NCBI GenBank assembly: GCA_963848135.1
Contig: CAWKCK010000018.1
Location: 12,938 to 76,937, forward strand
Length of the DNA: 64,000 nucleotides
Reading direction: 5' to 3'
Origin: an uncultured delta proteobacterium
GTDB lineage: Bacteria > Desulfobacterota > Desulfobacteria > Desulfobacterales > SG8-13
Part shown: piece after piece, positions 10,988-20,900 of the stretch
Position numbering within the stretch: position 1 is the first letter of the stretch
Layout of the letters: the number at the start of each line of letters is the position of its first letter
The notes under the pieces: model-generated
The model's database searches: none
Told to the model about the DNA's origin: nothing
Seen by the model: only the letters and a program-made list of their open reading frames with translations
Position numbers and translations under genes: made by a program

Positions 10988-10989
10988 GA

Positions 10990-12996
10990 TTAAATCCCTA
11001 CCATCCGTTGAAGGTCCTTTAAGTGCCGCGGTTTCTGGAGCCGCGGTAAACAGCGAAAAACTTCCTCTAGGGAAACGATGCCAGCGGCCGCTTTGACAAG
11101 CCCTTCCTCAAAAAGCGTCACCAAACCCGCCGATTCAATGCTCAGGCGCCGTACCTCCTGGCTGGTTTTCTGTTCGAGAATGGCACTGCGCACGGCCTCG
11201 TCCGGGAGCAACAGCTCAAAAACACCGATCCGGCCTCTGTAACCCGTGTGGCGGCAATGGGTACACCCCTTGCCTTGATAGAATTTCACCCCTGCCAGAT
11301 CCGTCGATTTATATCCCAGTCGACGGAGATCTCCTGAGGTCGGCGCGTAAAGTTCACGGCACTCCGGGCAAACCTTGCGGAGCAACCTCTGTGCAAGGAC
11401 GCAGACGACTGTAGAAGATATCATGAACGCTTCGATACCCATATTAAGCAGGCGCAAGAGTCCGCCAGTGCTGTCTTCGGTGTGAAAGGTCGTCAGCACC
11501 TTATGCCCGGTAAGTGCCGCCTGTACGGCGATATTGGCCGAAAATTTGTCCCGGACTTCCCCGATGACGATAACATCCGGGTCCTGGCGCACGACGTGAC
11601 GCAAGGTTTCGTCGAAGGTCAAATTGATTTTAGGGTTGATCGAACACTGAGCAACGCCGTCAATGAGGGCTTCAACCGGTTCCTCGGCCGTAATTATGCT
11701 GATTTGTGGGGAATTGATTTTGTTGATACAGCTGTAAACAGTGGAGGTTTTACCCGATCCGGTCGGCCCGGTGATCAGGAGAACCCCGCTGGGTAGTTCC
11801 AGACCCTGCTCGACGAACCGCGCCATAATTCGCGGTGCCATTCCAATCTCTTTGAGGTCCAGCAACTCATTTTGTCGATTGAGCAGCCGAAGAACGATTT
11901 TTTCCCCATGTACGGTAATATAGAGCGAAACCCGCAGGTCCAACTGGCCCTCGGCGTGCTCGAAAAGGATGCGCCCGCCCTGGTGCCGTCGTTTTTCGGT
12001 GATATCGACATTGCACATAATTTTAATGCGGCTGGTCAGGGCCGCTATCAGATCGGCGGGCAAATCCTTATAGTGGCGCAAGACCCCGTCCTGCCGGAAT
12101 CGGATACGCAATTTATCCTTGGTCGGTTCTATGTGAATATCGCTGGCTCTTTCCTTGATGGCCGCCATAATGATCGAATTGACGATTCCGGAGGCAGAAT
12201 CCTCAGCAGTATGCGCCAAGGTATCGATATTTTTCAGCCGCTGCATGCGGCGTGCGGCTTCTTGGATTGAGTTGGCCGAAGCAATGGCGGGTACGATGTC
12301 CCGACCGAATATCTGTTCAGCCGCCTCCAGGTCGAAGCGATCCATAGGATCGGCAAATGCGACAATCACCTTGCCGTTCTTGTCGGTACGCACCGGTATC
12401 AGTTTATGGGAATTGAACCAGGCCGAGGGGACTTTCGAAAAAAGGTCGCGATCAATCTCCATGAACTCGGGATCCACGACCGGCAACCCGAGCTGCAGCG
12501 ACAACACATCAAGAATCTCCCGCTCGCCGATAAAGTTCTGCTCGACCAGGATTTGACCGAGTCTTTTGCGGGTTTTGTCACTTTTCTGAATTTCAGTCGC
12601 CCGCTGCAGATCCGCTTCTGAGATATATCCCAGTTCCAGCAGCAGATATCCGATTTTCATGGACACGCGGTTGGTGCGTATGGCATTTCGAATCTGCTCA
12701 TCGCCAATGTATTTCAAATCTTTAAGGACCTGGAGTAGCGTCTTGCGCCCATCAAGCTTCGATCGAACCCTTTCGGCGTATGCGAGCTGCTCCTTCTTGA
12801 CCAGGCCTCCCTTGACAAGGATGGCAACGATTTCGCCGTATTGTTCAATACGCGGTGGTTTTTCGGGCGGGACCACAGCGGCTTCGGGCTGGCGATTCTG
12901 GGCCACTTTCATAATCATCCCCTGCTTTCGTTCATATGTCGACTTCCCATCCAATGGCACCAGTGTCTCGGCCACAATCTCCGCCGGTTGGGACAC
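10990..12996 (-). CDS. GspE/PilB-type secretion ATPase with N-terminal MshEN-like (T2SSE_N) modules
   Basis: 668 aa with Walker A GPTGSGKTS, Walker B DPDVIVIGEVRD, His box TGHKVLTTFHTED and a tetracysteine CPEC...CTHC. The N-terminus carries tandem RLGxxLLxxG-type 24-residue motifs. The GTG start at 12996 is uncertain. Confidence 0.85.
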   Translation of the reverse strand: MSQPAEIVAETLVPLDGKSTYERKQGMIMKVAQNRQPEAAVVPPEKPPRIEQYGEIVAILVKGGLVKKEQLAYAERVRSKLDGRKTLLQVLKDLKYIGDEQIRNAIRTNRVSMKIGYLLLELGYISEADLQRATEIQKSDKTRKRLGQILVEQNFIGEREILDVLSLQLGLPVVDPEFMEIDRDLFSKVPSAWFNSHKLIPVRTDKNGKVIVAFADPMDRFDLEAAEQIFGRDIVPAIASANSIQEAARRMQRLKNIDTLAHTAEDSASGIVNSIIMAAIKERASDIHIEPTKDKLRIRFRQDGVLRHYKDLPADLIAALTSRIKIMCNVDITEKRRHQGGRILFEHAEGQLDLRVSLYITVHGEKIVLRLLNRQNELLDLKEIGMAPRIMARFVEQGLELPSGVLLITGPTGSGKTSTVYSCINKINSPQISIITAEEPVEALIDGVAQCSINPKINLTFDETLRHVVRQDPDVIVIGEVRDKFSANIAVQAALTGHKVLTTFHTEDSTGGLLRLLNMGIEAFMISSTVVCVLAQRLLRKVCPECRELYAPTSGDLRRLGYKSTDLAGVKFYQGKGCTHCRHTGYRGRIGVFELLLPDEAVRSAILEQKTSQEVRRLSIESAGLVTLFEEGLVKAAAGIVSLEEVFRCLPRLQKPRHLKDLQRMVGI

Positions 12997-13255
12997 CAGC
13001 GTGGTTTATAGAGGTGCGATGGCCATTGGGGGCTATCAGCTGATCCATATGTACTATCGCCCGTTATCGATAAAACTTAAGTACATCTGTCGACACATGT
13101 CTGGTTATTGGCCGGTGAGCCCTATTATATTGATATAAAATGGCATCGCCGACTGTGCACATTTTTCTTGCAATTCAGAATAGCTGTCATTAATATAGAT
13201 GCGATTTAAGCGATAGATAACTGCTGCAAAACAGTTGTTTTCATAAGGAGAAAGC

Positions 13256-13675
13256 ATGGGGAAAGTTTTCCGACCGAGTAACAGAGAATCATCGATACTC
13301 TCCAAAATCGAATCATCTAAAGAACATGCCCGCCGCATGGCGCTTCAGGGAATAAAAGATCGCCTGGAGCCTTTGTCGAATTCCATTGCGATGAAACTGG
13401 TTGAGAACAAGCTTGTTGAGACAACGAGCAAAAATAATCTTGAAGAACAGATCAGTCTGTGTCTTGAGAAATTAAGCCGAGCAGAGGATTTCGATATTGA
13501 TTACTCAATATCTCCGATCCGTAATCTGGTCCCAAATCCGCATGTGGTAAGTCTGTATGTCACCGCATTTGTGATTGAAAAGCTGCTGAGCCACAAAGAC
13601 ATCGTGGACATATATGGTTCCGACGAAGAAATCTATCAGTGCATCAACCATCAGGTAAAAAAACACCTTCTTTAA
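13256..13675 (+). CDS. hypothetical protein (helical, charged; possibly DUF507-like)
   Basis: 139 aa with a strong AAGGAG Shine-Dalgarno sequence. Its stop lies 1 nt before the next ATG. The family assignment is not secure. Confidence 0.55.
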   Translation: MGKVFRPSNRESSILSKIESSKEHARRMALQGIKDRLEPLSNSIAMKLVENKLVETTSKNNLEEQISLCLEKLSRAEDFDIDYSISPIRNLVPNPHVVSLYVTAFVIEKLLSHKDIVDIYGSDEEIYQCINHQVKKHLL

Positions 13676-13676
13676 A

Positions 13677-14711
13677 ATGCGCCCGTCATTCTGCCCCAGG
13701 TTGGTCAACGGTCCCTTCGACGACCCGGGTCTCTATATTCCCTTCGGTTTTCAGCACCGCGCGTTCATGTTCGACCTGGGAGATATATCGGCCCTTTCTT
13801 CAAGAGATATTCTAAAAATCAGCCACATTTTTGTGACTCACACCCATATTGACCATTTCGCCGGATTCGACAGGCTGTTACGCCTGATGCTCGGCCGCAA
13901 TAAAACACTCTTTCTTTATGGTCCTCGTGGCTTTATAAAGAACGTAGAAGGAAAACTAGCCGGATACACCTGGAACCTGGTAAAAAATTACACCGACAGC
14001 CTGGTGTTGGAGGTTGCCGAAATTGATGCCCATACGGTCATCCGGAAGAAATATCCATGCAAACACCGATTTAAGGCCCGGGAAGAACCACGAATCGCTC
14101 CCTTTAATGGTCGACTGCTCGAAGAGAGGGACCTAACAATCAATGCCACCGTGCTTGATCACGGCACTGACTGCCTCGGATTCACACTATTGGAACACTT
14201 CCATATCAACATTCGCAAAGACGGCTTGGACGCATTGAATCTTCGGCCGGGCCCCTGGCTGCGCGTCTTCAAGCAAGCCATGTATGACAACCTTGATCCG
14301 GCAACCCGGATCGTGGCCGAGAGCAAACAGAAAGGCCAATTGGTAACTTTCCGGTTAACAGAACTGAGGGAAAAAATCGCCCTGATTACACCCGGACAGA
14401 AGGTGAGTTATGTGGCCGATGTGGCTTACAATGAAACCAACATCGATAGAATTCTATCCCTTGTAGAAAAATCGGATCATCTGTTCATCGAAGCGGTCTT
14501 TCTTGATGAACACCGCAACACCGCCAGGCTCAAGAACCATTTAACCGCACGACAGGCAGGCTCTCTGGCCGGTTGGGCAGAGGTGAAACAGATCACGCCG
14601 TTCCATTTTTCGCCACGGTATACAGAGGAGAGACACCAGCTGGAGGCCGAAGCGCGTCAGGCCTACACTGATTCTTTCGGCTCACGGTTTACAACAGCCG
14701 GAACGAATTGA
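13677..14711 (+). CDS. MBL-fold metallo-hydrolase (RNase Z/phosphodiesterase-like)
   Basis: 344 aa with the HxHxDH motif in FVTHTHIDHFAGF and an MBL-type C-terminal His/Asp region. Confidence 0.75.
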   Translation: MRPSFCPRLVNGPFDDPGLYIPFGFQHRAFMFDLGDISALSSRDILKISHIFVTHTHIDHFAGFDRLLRLMLGRNKTLFLYGPRGFIKNVEGKLAGYTWNLVKNYTDSLVLEVAEIDAHTVIRKKYPCKHRFKAREEPRIAPFNGRLLEERDLTINATVLDHGTDCLGFTLLEHFHINIRKDGLDALNLRPGPWLRVFKQAMYDNLDPATRIVAESKQKGQLVTFRLTELREKIALITPGQKVSYVADVAYNETNIDRILSLVEKSDHLFIEAVFLDEHRNTARLKNHLTARQAGSLAGWAEVKQITPFHFSPRYTEERHQLEAEARQAYTDSFGSRFTTAGTN

Positions 14712-14878
14712 AGCGCAGTGCAGAATCAGGAACAGATATGCATCGGCACCGCCAAACTCGCTGCGAGACCGAAATCCGGCCGACCCAAGATAAACTCCGG
14801 GGCGAGATGATTAAGATTTGTCAGCGAAAAAACCGGATATCAATCGTTCTAACCTGTTCGCAATAGGAGGGAGCAAAA

Positions 14879-15157
14879 ATGATTAAACGCACTATTTTCA
14901 CTCTACTGGGAATCGTTCTGCTTATCGGATGTGCGGCCTCACCGCAGAATATGAACAAACTGCGCCTCGGAATGTCAAAAACGGAGGTCATCGACACCAT
15001 GGGCAATCCCGTCAGCACCAGTGCACGCCAGGACGTCGAATTTATGCAGTACCGATTCCGATCCGACGGACTATTTTCATCCGATTACTACGTCAAGCTT
15101 CAGGACGGTAAGGTCGACGCTTTCGGCCGCGCAGGCGATTTCGGGCTTGGCTATTAA
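14879..15157 (+). CDS. small lipoprotein, BamE/SmpA_OmlA-like
   Basis: Signal peptide with lipobox LLIGC, followed by LRLGMSKTEVIDTMGNP, which is typical of SmpA/OmlA-type domains. A GGAGGGAG Shine-Dalgarno sequence is present. Confidence 0.65.
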   Translation: MIKRTIFTLLGIVLLIGCAASPQNMNKLRLGMSKTEVIDTMGNPVSTSARQDVEFMQYRFRSDGLFSSDYYVKLQDGKVDAFGRAGDFGLGY

Positions 15158-15185
15158 ATCGTGTCCATCGGCAAGGGGATAGGAC

Positions 15186-16319
15186 CTATTTGGTTTGAAA
15201 GTCCTTGATCATGTCGACCACGTACATCAATTGATCATCTGTGAGCTCGGGATAGATTGGCAGGGCCAATGTATGGGTGGCCGCTTCCTCGGCAAACGGG
15301 AAATCTCCGTTGCGGTAACCCAGGCGGACGAAACATTCCTGAACGTGCAATGGGACGGGGTAATACACTTCAGTGCCGACACCGTTTTCAAGTAAGTGCT
15401 GTCTTAGAGCGTCACGCTTTTCCGGCACCTTGATGACGAACTGGTTGAAGATATGGCGACTCTCCTTCTCCAACGGCACCTGGATGCGCTCGAGCCCGGC
15501 TTCGGCAAAAAGCCTGCGGTAAATTTGTGCGTTCCTTTGCCTCGCCGCACTCCACTGGTCCAAATAGTTCAATTTGACTGATACCACGGCTGCCTGCAGG
15601 GCATCAAGTCTGAAGTTTCCGCCGATGAATTTGTGGTAGTACTTCGGATTCGAACCGTGGGCCCGCAATATTGTCAACCTTTCATACCTGTTCTCGGAAT
15701 TGGTGGTCACGATACCGCCGTCTCCGAATGCCCCCAGATTTTTTGAAGGGAAAAAAGAAAAACAGCCGAAATCACCCATTGATCCGGCACGCCTGCTTTT
15801 ATATTCCGCACCAATGGCCTGGGCGGCATCCTCGATGATGACAAGGTTTTGAGCAGCGGCAATTTCGCAGATCGAATCCATGTCTGCACATTGCCCGTAT
15901 AGGTGGACAGGCATGACGGCCTTGACCTGTGAGCGCTCGGCGTTGGAAAGTTTTTCAAGAGTGCGGTAAATTTTTTTTGGCGAAATATTGTACGTGTCCG
16001 GCTCTATGTCCACGAATACCGGTCTGGCACCTACCCGGGCAATTGACCCGGCTGTCGCAAAAAAGGTGTAGGGACTCGTAACAACGGCATCGCCGGGCCC
16101 GATACCGGCGGCCATAAGCGCGATAAGCAAGGCATCCGTACCCGAAGAAACCCCCACGGAATAGTCGGTTGAGCAATAAGCAGCCACGGCCGTTTCAAGA
16201 CTCTCCACGCGGGGGCCGAGAATAAAATATTGGCTTTCAAAAACCTCAAGAACAACTTTAACTATTTCGTCGCGGATACCGGAATACTGGGCCTTTAGAT
16301 CAAGCAAGGGGACTTTCAT
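15186..16319 (-). CDS. DegT/DnrJ/EryC1/StrS family sugar aminotransferase
   Basis: 377 aa with the PLP-lysine context [10 protein letters not shown] and a family-typical N-terminus (PLLDLKAQY). Confidence 0.85.
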   Translation of the reverse strand: MKVPLLDLKAQYSGIRDEIVKVVLEVFESQYFILGPRVESLETAVAAYCSTDYSVGVSSGTDALLIALMAAGIGPGDAVVTSPYTFFATAGSIARVGARPVFVDIEPDTYNISPKKIYRTLEKLSNAERSQVKAVMPVHLYGQCADMDSICEIAAAQNLVIIEDAAQAIGAEYKSRRAGSMGDFGCFSFFPSKNLGAFGDGGIVTTNSENRYERLTILRAHGSNPKYYHKFIGGNFRLDALQAAVVSVKLNYLDQWSAARQRNAQIYRRLFAEAGLERIQVPLEKESRHIFNQFVIKVPEKRDALRQHLLENGVGTEVYYPVPLHVQECFVRLGYRNGDFPFAEEAATHTLALPIYPELTDDQLMYVVDMIKDFQTK

Positions 16320-16590
16320 TCTTTAACCTCAACATTTCACTCAATATAACCTCGGTTGAGCGGTTGAACGTTCACGGTTCCCGGTTAAAGTGCCATAACT
16401 GGTCTCTAACAATCGTATTACGCATCAATTGAGTTGAATTCTATGTTTCACCCAACGGGTGAAAGCGCTCAATCCAAACGATGGCGTGTTAAGTTAAAGA
16501 TATCAGAATTTTATAACCTATGAGCCTTGAACCCTGAATCCCGTCTGGGCGGGAAACCGATCGGTTTAGGTAGAAGTATACGCCGGTACT

Positions 16591-17955
16591 CTAAACCTCT
16601 CGGCAGAACGATTGGATGACCACAAGGGGTTTTTCGTCTCGATTTTCAATCGTAACGACATCGGCGGTTGTCGCACTGAACGTTTCACCGCACAAGACAT
16701 CCCGCGTCGCCGGCCCCACAATAATATGTCCTTTACCTGCCACCACCGTCCAACACCGGGCGGTTTCAAGAACAGCTTCGCGGTTGCAGGTGGACCCGGC
16801 ATAGATAACGAGGCGATTGACAGAATAATCCTCTTTTCTTTCCAACAAGGTGTCGGTTCCCCAGGCGTGGTGAAGCGTCCGGTGCCGGAGATGCTCAATA
16901 CGTCCCCGCTCTTTCAGTTGGGCGACGAACTGCTTAACTTCACGGCTGGATTCGATATCCGACACGAGGACTGCGTCCGGGGTTTCCACAACCACAAGGT
17001 TGTCAATACGATTGGTGGCAATCAGGCGATCGTGGCCCATGATGATGCAGTTTCGCGTCTGGTTGGCCATCACATCCCCGTCTATCACGTTGGCTTCACC
17101 GTCCTTAGGCAGAAAATCATACAACGATTTCCAGGATCCGATGTCGCTCCATCCAAAATCTGAAGGCAGCACGACCCCCTGGCGGGTGTGTTCCATGATG
17201 GCATAATCGAAGGAGATACTGGGTAGTTGCGCGTAGCCTTCATCGTCGCATTGGCCTGTGGACAAATCCAGGCGTTTCATGCGGTCGAGCAGCTCCGGTT
17301 GAAATCGTTTGAATTCTTCCACAATAACCGATGCCCGAAAAGCAAACATGCCGCTGTTCCAGAAGAAATTGCCGGCTCGGATATATTTCCGGGCAGTATC
17401 CAAATCCGGCTTTTCGACGAATCGCACCGTTTTCCGTGCCCCGCCAGATAGACCTTCACCACCTTCAATGTAGCCGTAGCCAGTCTCGGGATAGTGGGGT
17501 GTGATACCGAAGGTGACGATATGGCCGAATTCGGCCAAGGTAATGGCGGATCGTAGGTGTTCATTAAAAACGGTATCATTACTGATGACATGGTCGGCCG
17601 GAAAGACGCACACGATCGCATCGCGTTCCACTTGCAAAATGGTCAGCACAGCCAGAAGGATAGCCGGGGCCGTGTTGCGTCCACAGGGTTCGCTGATGAT
17701 TTTACCGGTAGGCGGGATACCGATTTCCCGCAAATGTCGGGATATTTCATGGTAATGATCGTTTCCACAGACAATTCTGATATGGTCGGCCGCTGTTACC
17801 GGCAACAAGCGCTTGACCGTGGTCTGTATCAGTGAATATTTACCGATAAATTTGACCAATTGCTTCGGATTGAGCTCTCTGGATACCGGCCAGAGCCGAG
17901 ACCCGACGCCGCCAGCCAGCAAGACTGCATAAACGGACGTCATTTTATCCGCCAT
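16591..17955 (-). CDS. manC: mannose-1-phosphate guanylyltransferase / mannose-6-phosphate isomerase (type II)
   Basis: The N-terminal LLAGGVGSRLWPVSR nucleotidyltransferase domain is followed by a C-terminal cupin. The ATG at 17955 has AGGAGG 4 nt upstream and lies inside the last codons of dnaE. Confidence 0.85.
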   Translation of the reverse strand: MADKMTSVYAVLLAGGVGSRLWPVSRELNPKQLVKFIGKYSLIQTTVKRLLPVTAADHIRIVCGNDHYHEISRHLREIGIPPTGKIISEPCGRNTAPAILLAVLTILQVERDAIVCVFPADHVISNDTVFNEHLRSAITLAEFGHIVTFGITPHYPETGYGYIEGGEGLSGGARKTVRFVEKPDLDTARKYIRAGNFFWNSGMFAFRASVIVEEFKRFQPELLDRMKRLDLSTGQCDDEGYAQLPSISFDYAIMEHTRQGVVLPSDFGWSDIGSWKSLYDFLPKDGEANVIDGDVMANQTRNCIIMGHDRLIATNRIDNLVVVETPDAVLVSDIESSREVKQFVAQLKERGRIEHLRHRTLHHAWGTDTLLERKEDYSVNRLVIYAGSTCNREAVLETARCWTVVAGKGHIIVGPATRDVLCGETFSATTADVVTIENRDEKPLVVIQSFCREV

Positions 17956-20900
17956 TGTACCTCCTGGAGCCCCGTCTTCCATTTCGTTTCATTAAATTAG
18001 TTGATGCCATAGAGGCGCCGGTATTGCACATCGTTTCAACCGCGTCATAACCGAGAAACCGGTTGACATCGCGTGTCAAATGCGGCCCGGGCTGCAGTCT
18101 GATCCGCTCCGAAACGGAAATCACCGTATCGGCACCCTGGGGATCGCGCAAATGCAAAAACGTGCGGCACGACCCAGGATACCTCAAAAGAATGTCCTGC
18201 AGATTGAGGAGTGTCTCTCGATCCGTTAGCGATATATCCAAATGTAAATGGATACTGGCTGTCCAGGCTTCTTCAGCCTTGTCAATCGGAATGATATCTT
18301 CGGCAATCACCCGGACCGATTGTTCGTCCTTCTGGAGGCGCCCCTGCACCAGAATCGCGTTGTCCTCAAATAGCATCGGCTCGGCAATGACATACAAGTT
18401 GGAAAATACGATGATCTCTACGCTGCCGTGCATGTCCTCAAGGGTCACAAAGGCCATCAGGTCGCCTTTTTTCGTTTTGATGACTTTGGTTGCGATGACA
18501 ATACCGCCGATACGCACCATCGTGCCGTCATTGCTCTCTTTGACAGTCAACGCATTGACATTGGTGAATTTTTCCAAGACGGCCTCCAGCCCCCCTAGTG
18601 GGTGGCCAGAGATATAAAACCCGAGGGCTTCTTTTTCGAATGCCAGGCGTTGTTTTTCTTCCCACTCCTGAATTTCGGGCAACAGCGGTACATTGATCGC
18701 CAGTTTGCTCGCCCCTGTATCGAAAAGGTTCATTTGGGAATCGTTTCGTTCCTTCTGAATCCGCTGGCCGTATTCCAGGGCCTCCTCGATAGCGGCCATC
18801 AGCTGCGAACGCCTGGCTCCGGTAGAGTCGAAAGCACCACATTTGACAAGACTCTCGATCACCCGCTTGTTGACCCTTTTTAAGTCGACATGCTCGCAGA
18901 AATCAAACAGAGACGTAAACCTGTCTTCGTTGCGGGCCTCTATAATCGCCTCTATAGCGCCTTCTCCGACGTTTTTTACGGCAACCAGCCCGAAACGGAT
19001 CTCATCGCCCGATACGGTAAATTCTATGTCGCTTTCATAGATGTCGGGCGGCTGAACGCGTATATCATGGCTGCGGCACTCGTTTATGAATTTGACCACG
19101 CCATCGGTGGAATGCATTTCACTGGTCAGCAGCGATGCCATAAATTCCACCGGGAAATGAGTCTTGAGGTAGGCGGTTTGGAAAGCGATCAATGCGTAGG
19201 CGGCACTGTGTGATTTGTTGAAGCCATAACCGCCGAATTTTTCGATAAGATCGAATATGGTTCCGGCTTTATCGGCCTCAATTCCATTGGCCATCGCCCC
19301 TTCAACGAACCGTTCACGGTGTTGTGCCATCAGTTCTTTGATTTTTTTTCCCATGGCCTTGCGCAAGTCGTCGGCTTCGGACATGGTGTAGTTTGCCAAT
19401 GTCGCAGCAATTTTCATCACCTGCTCCTGATAGACAATGACACCGTAGGTTTCCTCGAGGGCGGCTTCGAGTTGTGGCAGCAGGTATTCCACTTTTTTCC
19501 GGCCATGCTTTCGATCCACATAATCATCGATCATACCGCTTTCCATCGGTCCGGGACGATACAGGGCCACAAGGGCAATAATATCATTGAAACATTCCGG
19601 CTTCAGCCGCACAAGCAGGTCTTTCATGCCGGAGCTTTCCAACTGAAAAACGCCGGTTGTGTCTCCGGCACACAAAAGTTGATAGGTTTTCTGATCGTCA
19701 AGATCCAAATTGTTGATGTCCGGAACCTTACCGCCTTGTCGCTTGATCAGTCCCAGGGCATTCTCAATGACGGTCAGGTTGCGAAGACCCAGGAAATCGA
19801 ACTTAACCAGCCCGATCTTCTCGACGATTTTCATGTCATACTGGGTAACCACCTCACCTTTCTTCCCCCGGTAAAGAGGAAGGTAGTCCACCAGGGGTCG
19901 ATCCGAAATGACAACGCCGGCGGCATGGGTTGAAGCGTGCCGCGGCAGGCCCTCCAGAACACGGCAAATGTCGATCAGGTTGCCGACGTCAGGGTTTTCT
20001 ATCGATAACTCGGATAGACGGGGTTCTTCCTTAAGCGCACTATCAAGACTGATGCCCAGTCTGTCGGGCACCATCTTGGCAATAGCGTCAACCTCCCGCA
20101 ATGGGATGCCGAGTGCCCGTCCCACGTCCCGGATGACCGCTCGGGTCTTAAGTTTACCGTAGGTTATTATTTGAGCGACATAGTCGCCACCGCCGTATTT
20201 GTCGACCACATACTTGAACACTTCCTCGCGACCATTGATACAAAAATCCACATCGATGTCCGGCATGCTTTTACGGGCAGGATTGAGAAATCTCTCAAAA
20301 ATCAATCCGTATTCGAGCGGATCCAAACCGGTAATTCCGAGTGCAAAGGCGACGAGACTCCCGGCTGCCGAACCCCGCCCCGGTCCAACCGGGATATTAT
20401 GTTCTTTGGCATAACGAATAAAATCGGAGACGATCAGAAAATAACCCGGGAAGCCCATATCCTTGATGACCGACATTTCATAGTCAAGCCTCTCGCGATA
20501 GATGGTCTCGTCGACATCGGAATTCCGGGTCTTGATTTGCTGCATCGCCTGGACGAACCCTTCCTGGACACGCTGCTCGAAGTAGGCGGCTTCGCTTTGC
20601 CCATCCGGTGCATCGAATTTAGGGAAATGGTATGTTTTGAAATCGAAGGTAACGTTGCAGCGCTCGGCGATTTGAACGGTGTTTTCCAATGCGCCCGGAA
20701 AACCGCTGAAAAAATCAGACATCTCTTGCGGTGGCTTGAAGTAGAGCTGGTCGGTACGAAATTTGAGTCTTTCCGAATCAGTCACCACCTTACCCGTTTG
20801 GATGCAAAGCAGCACATCATGGGCACGGACATCTTTTTTGTCGAGGTAATGACAATCATTGCTTGCCACCAGGGGTATCGACAGCCGACGGCTCATGTCT

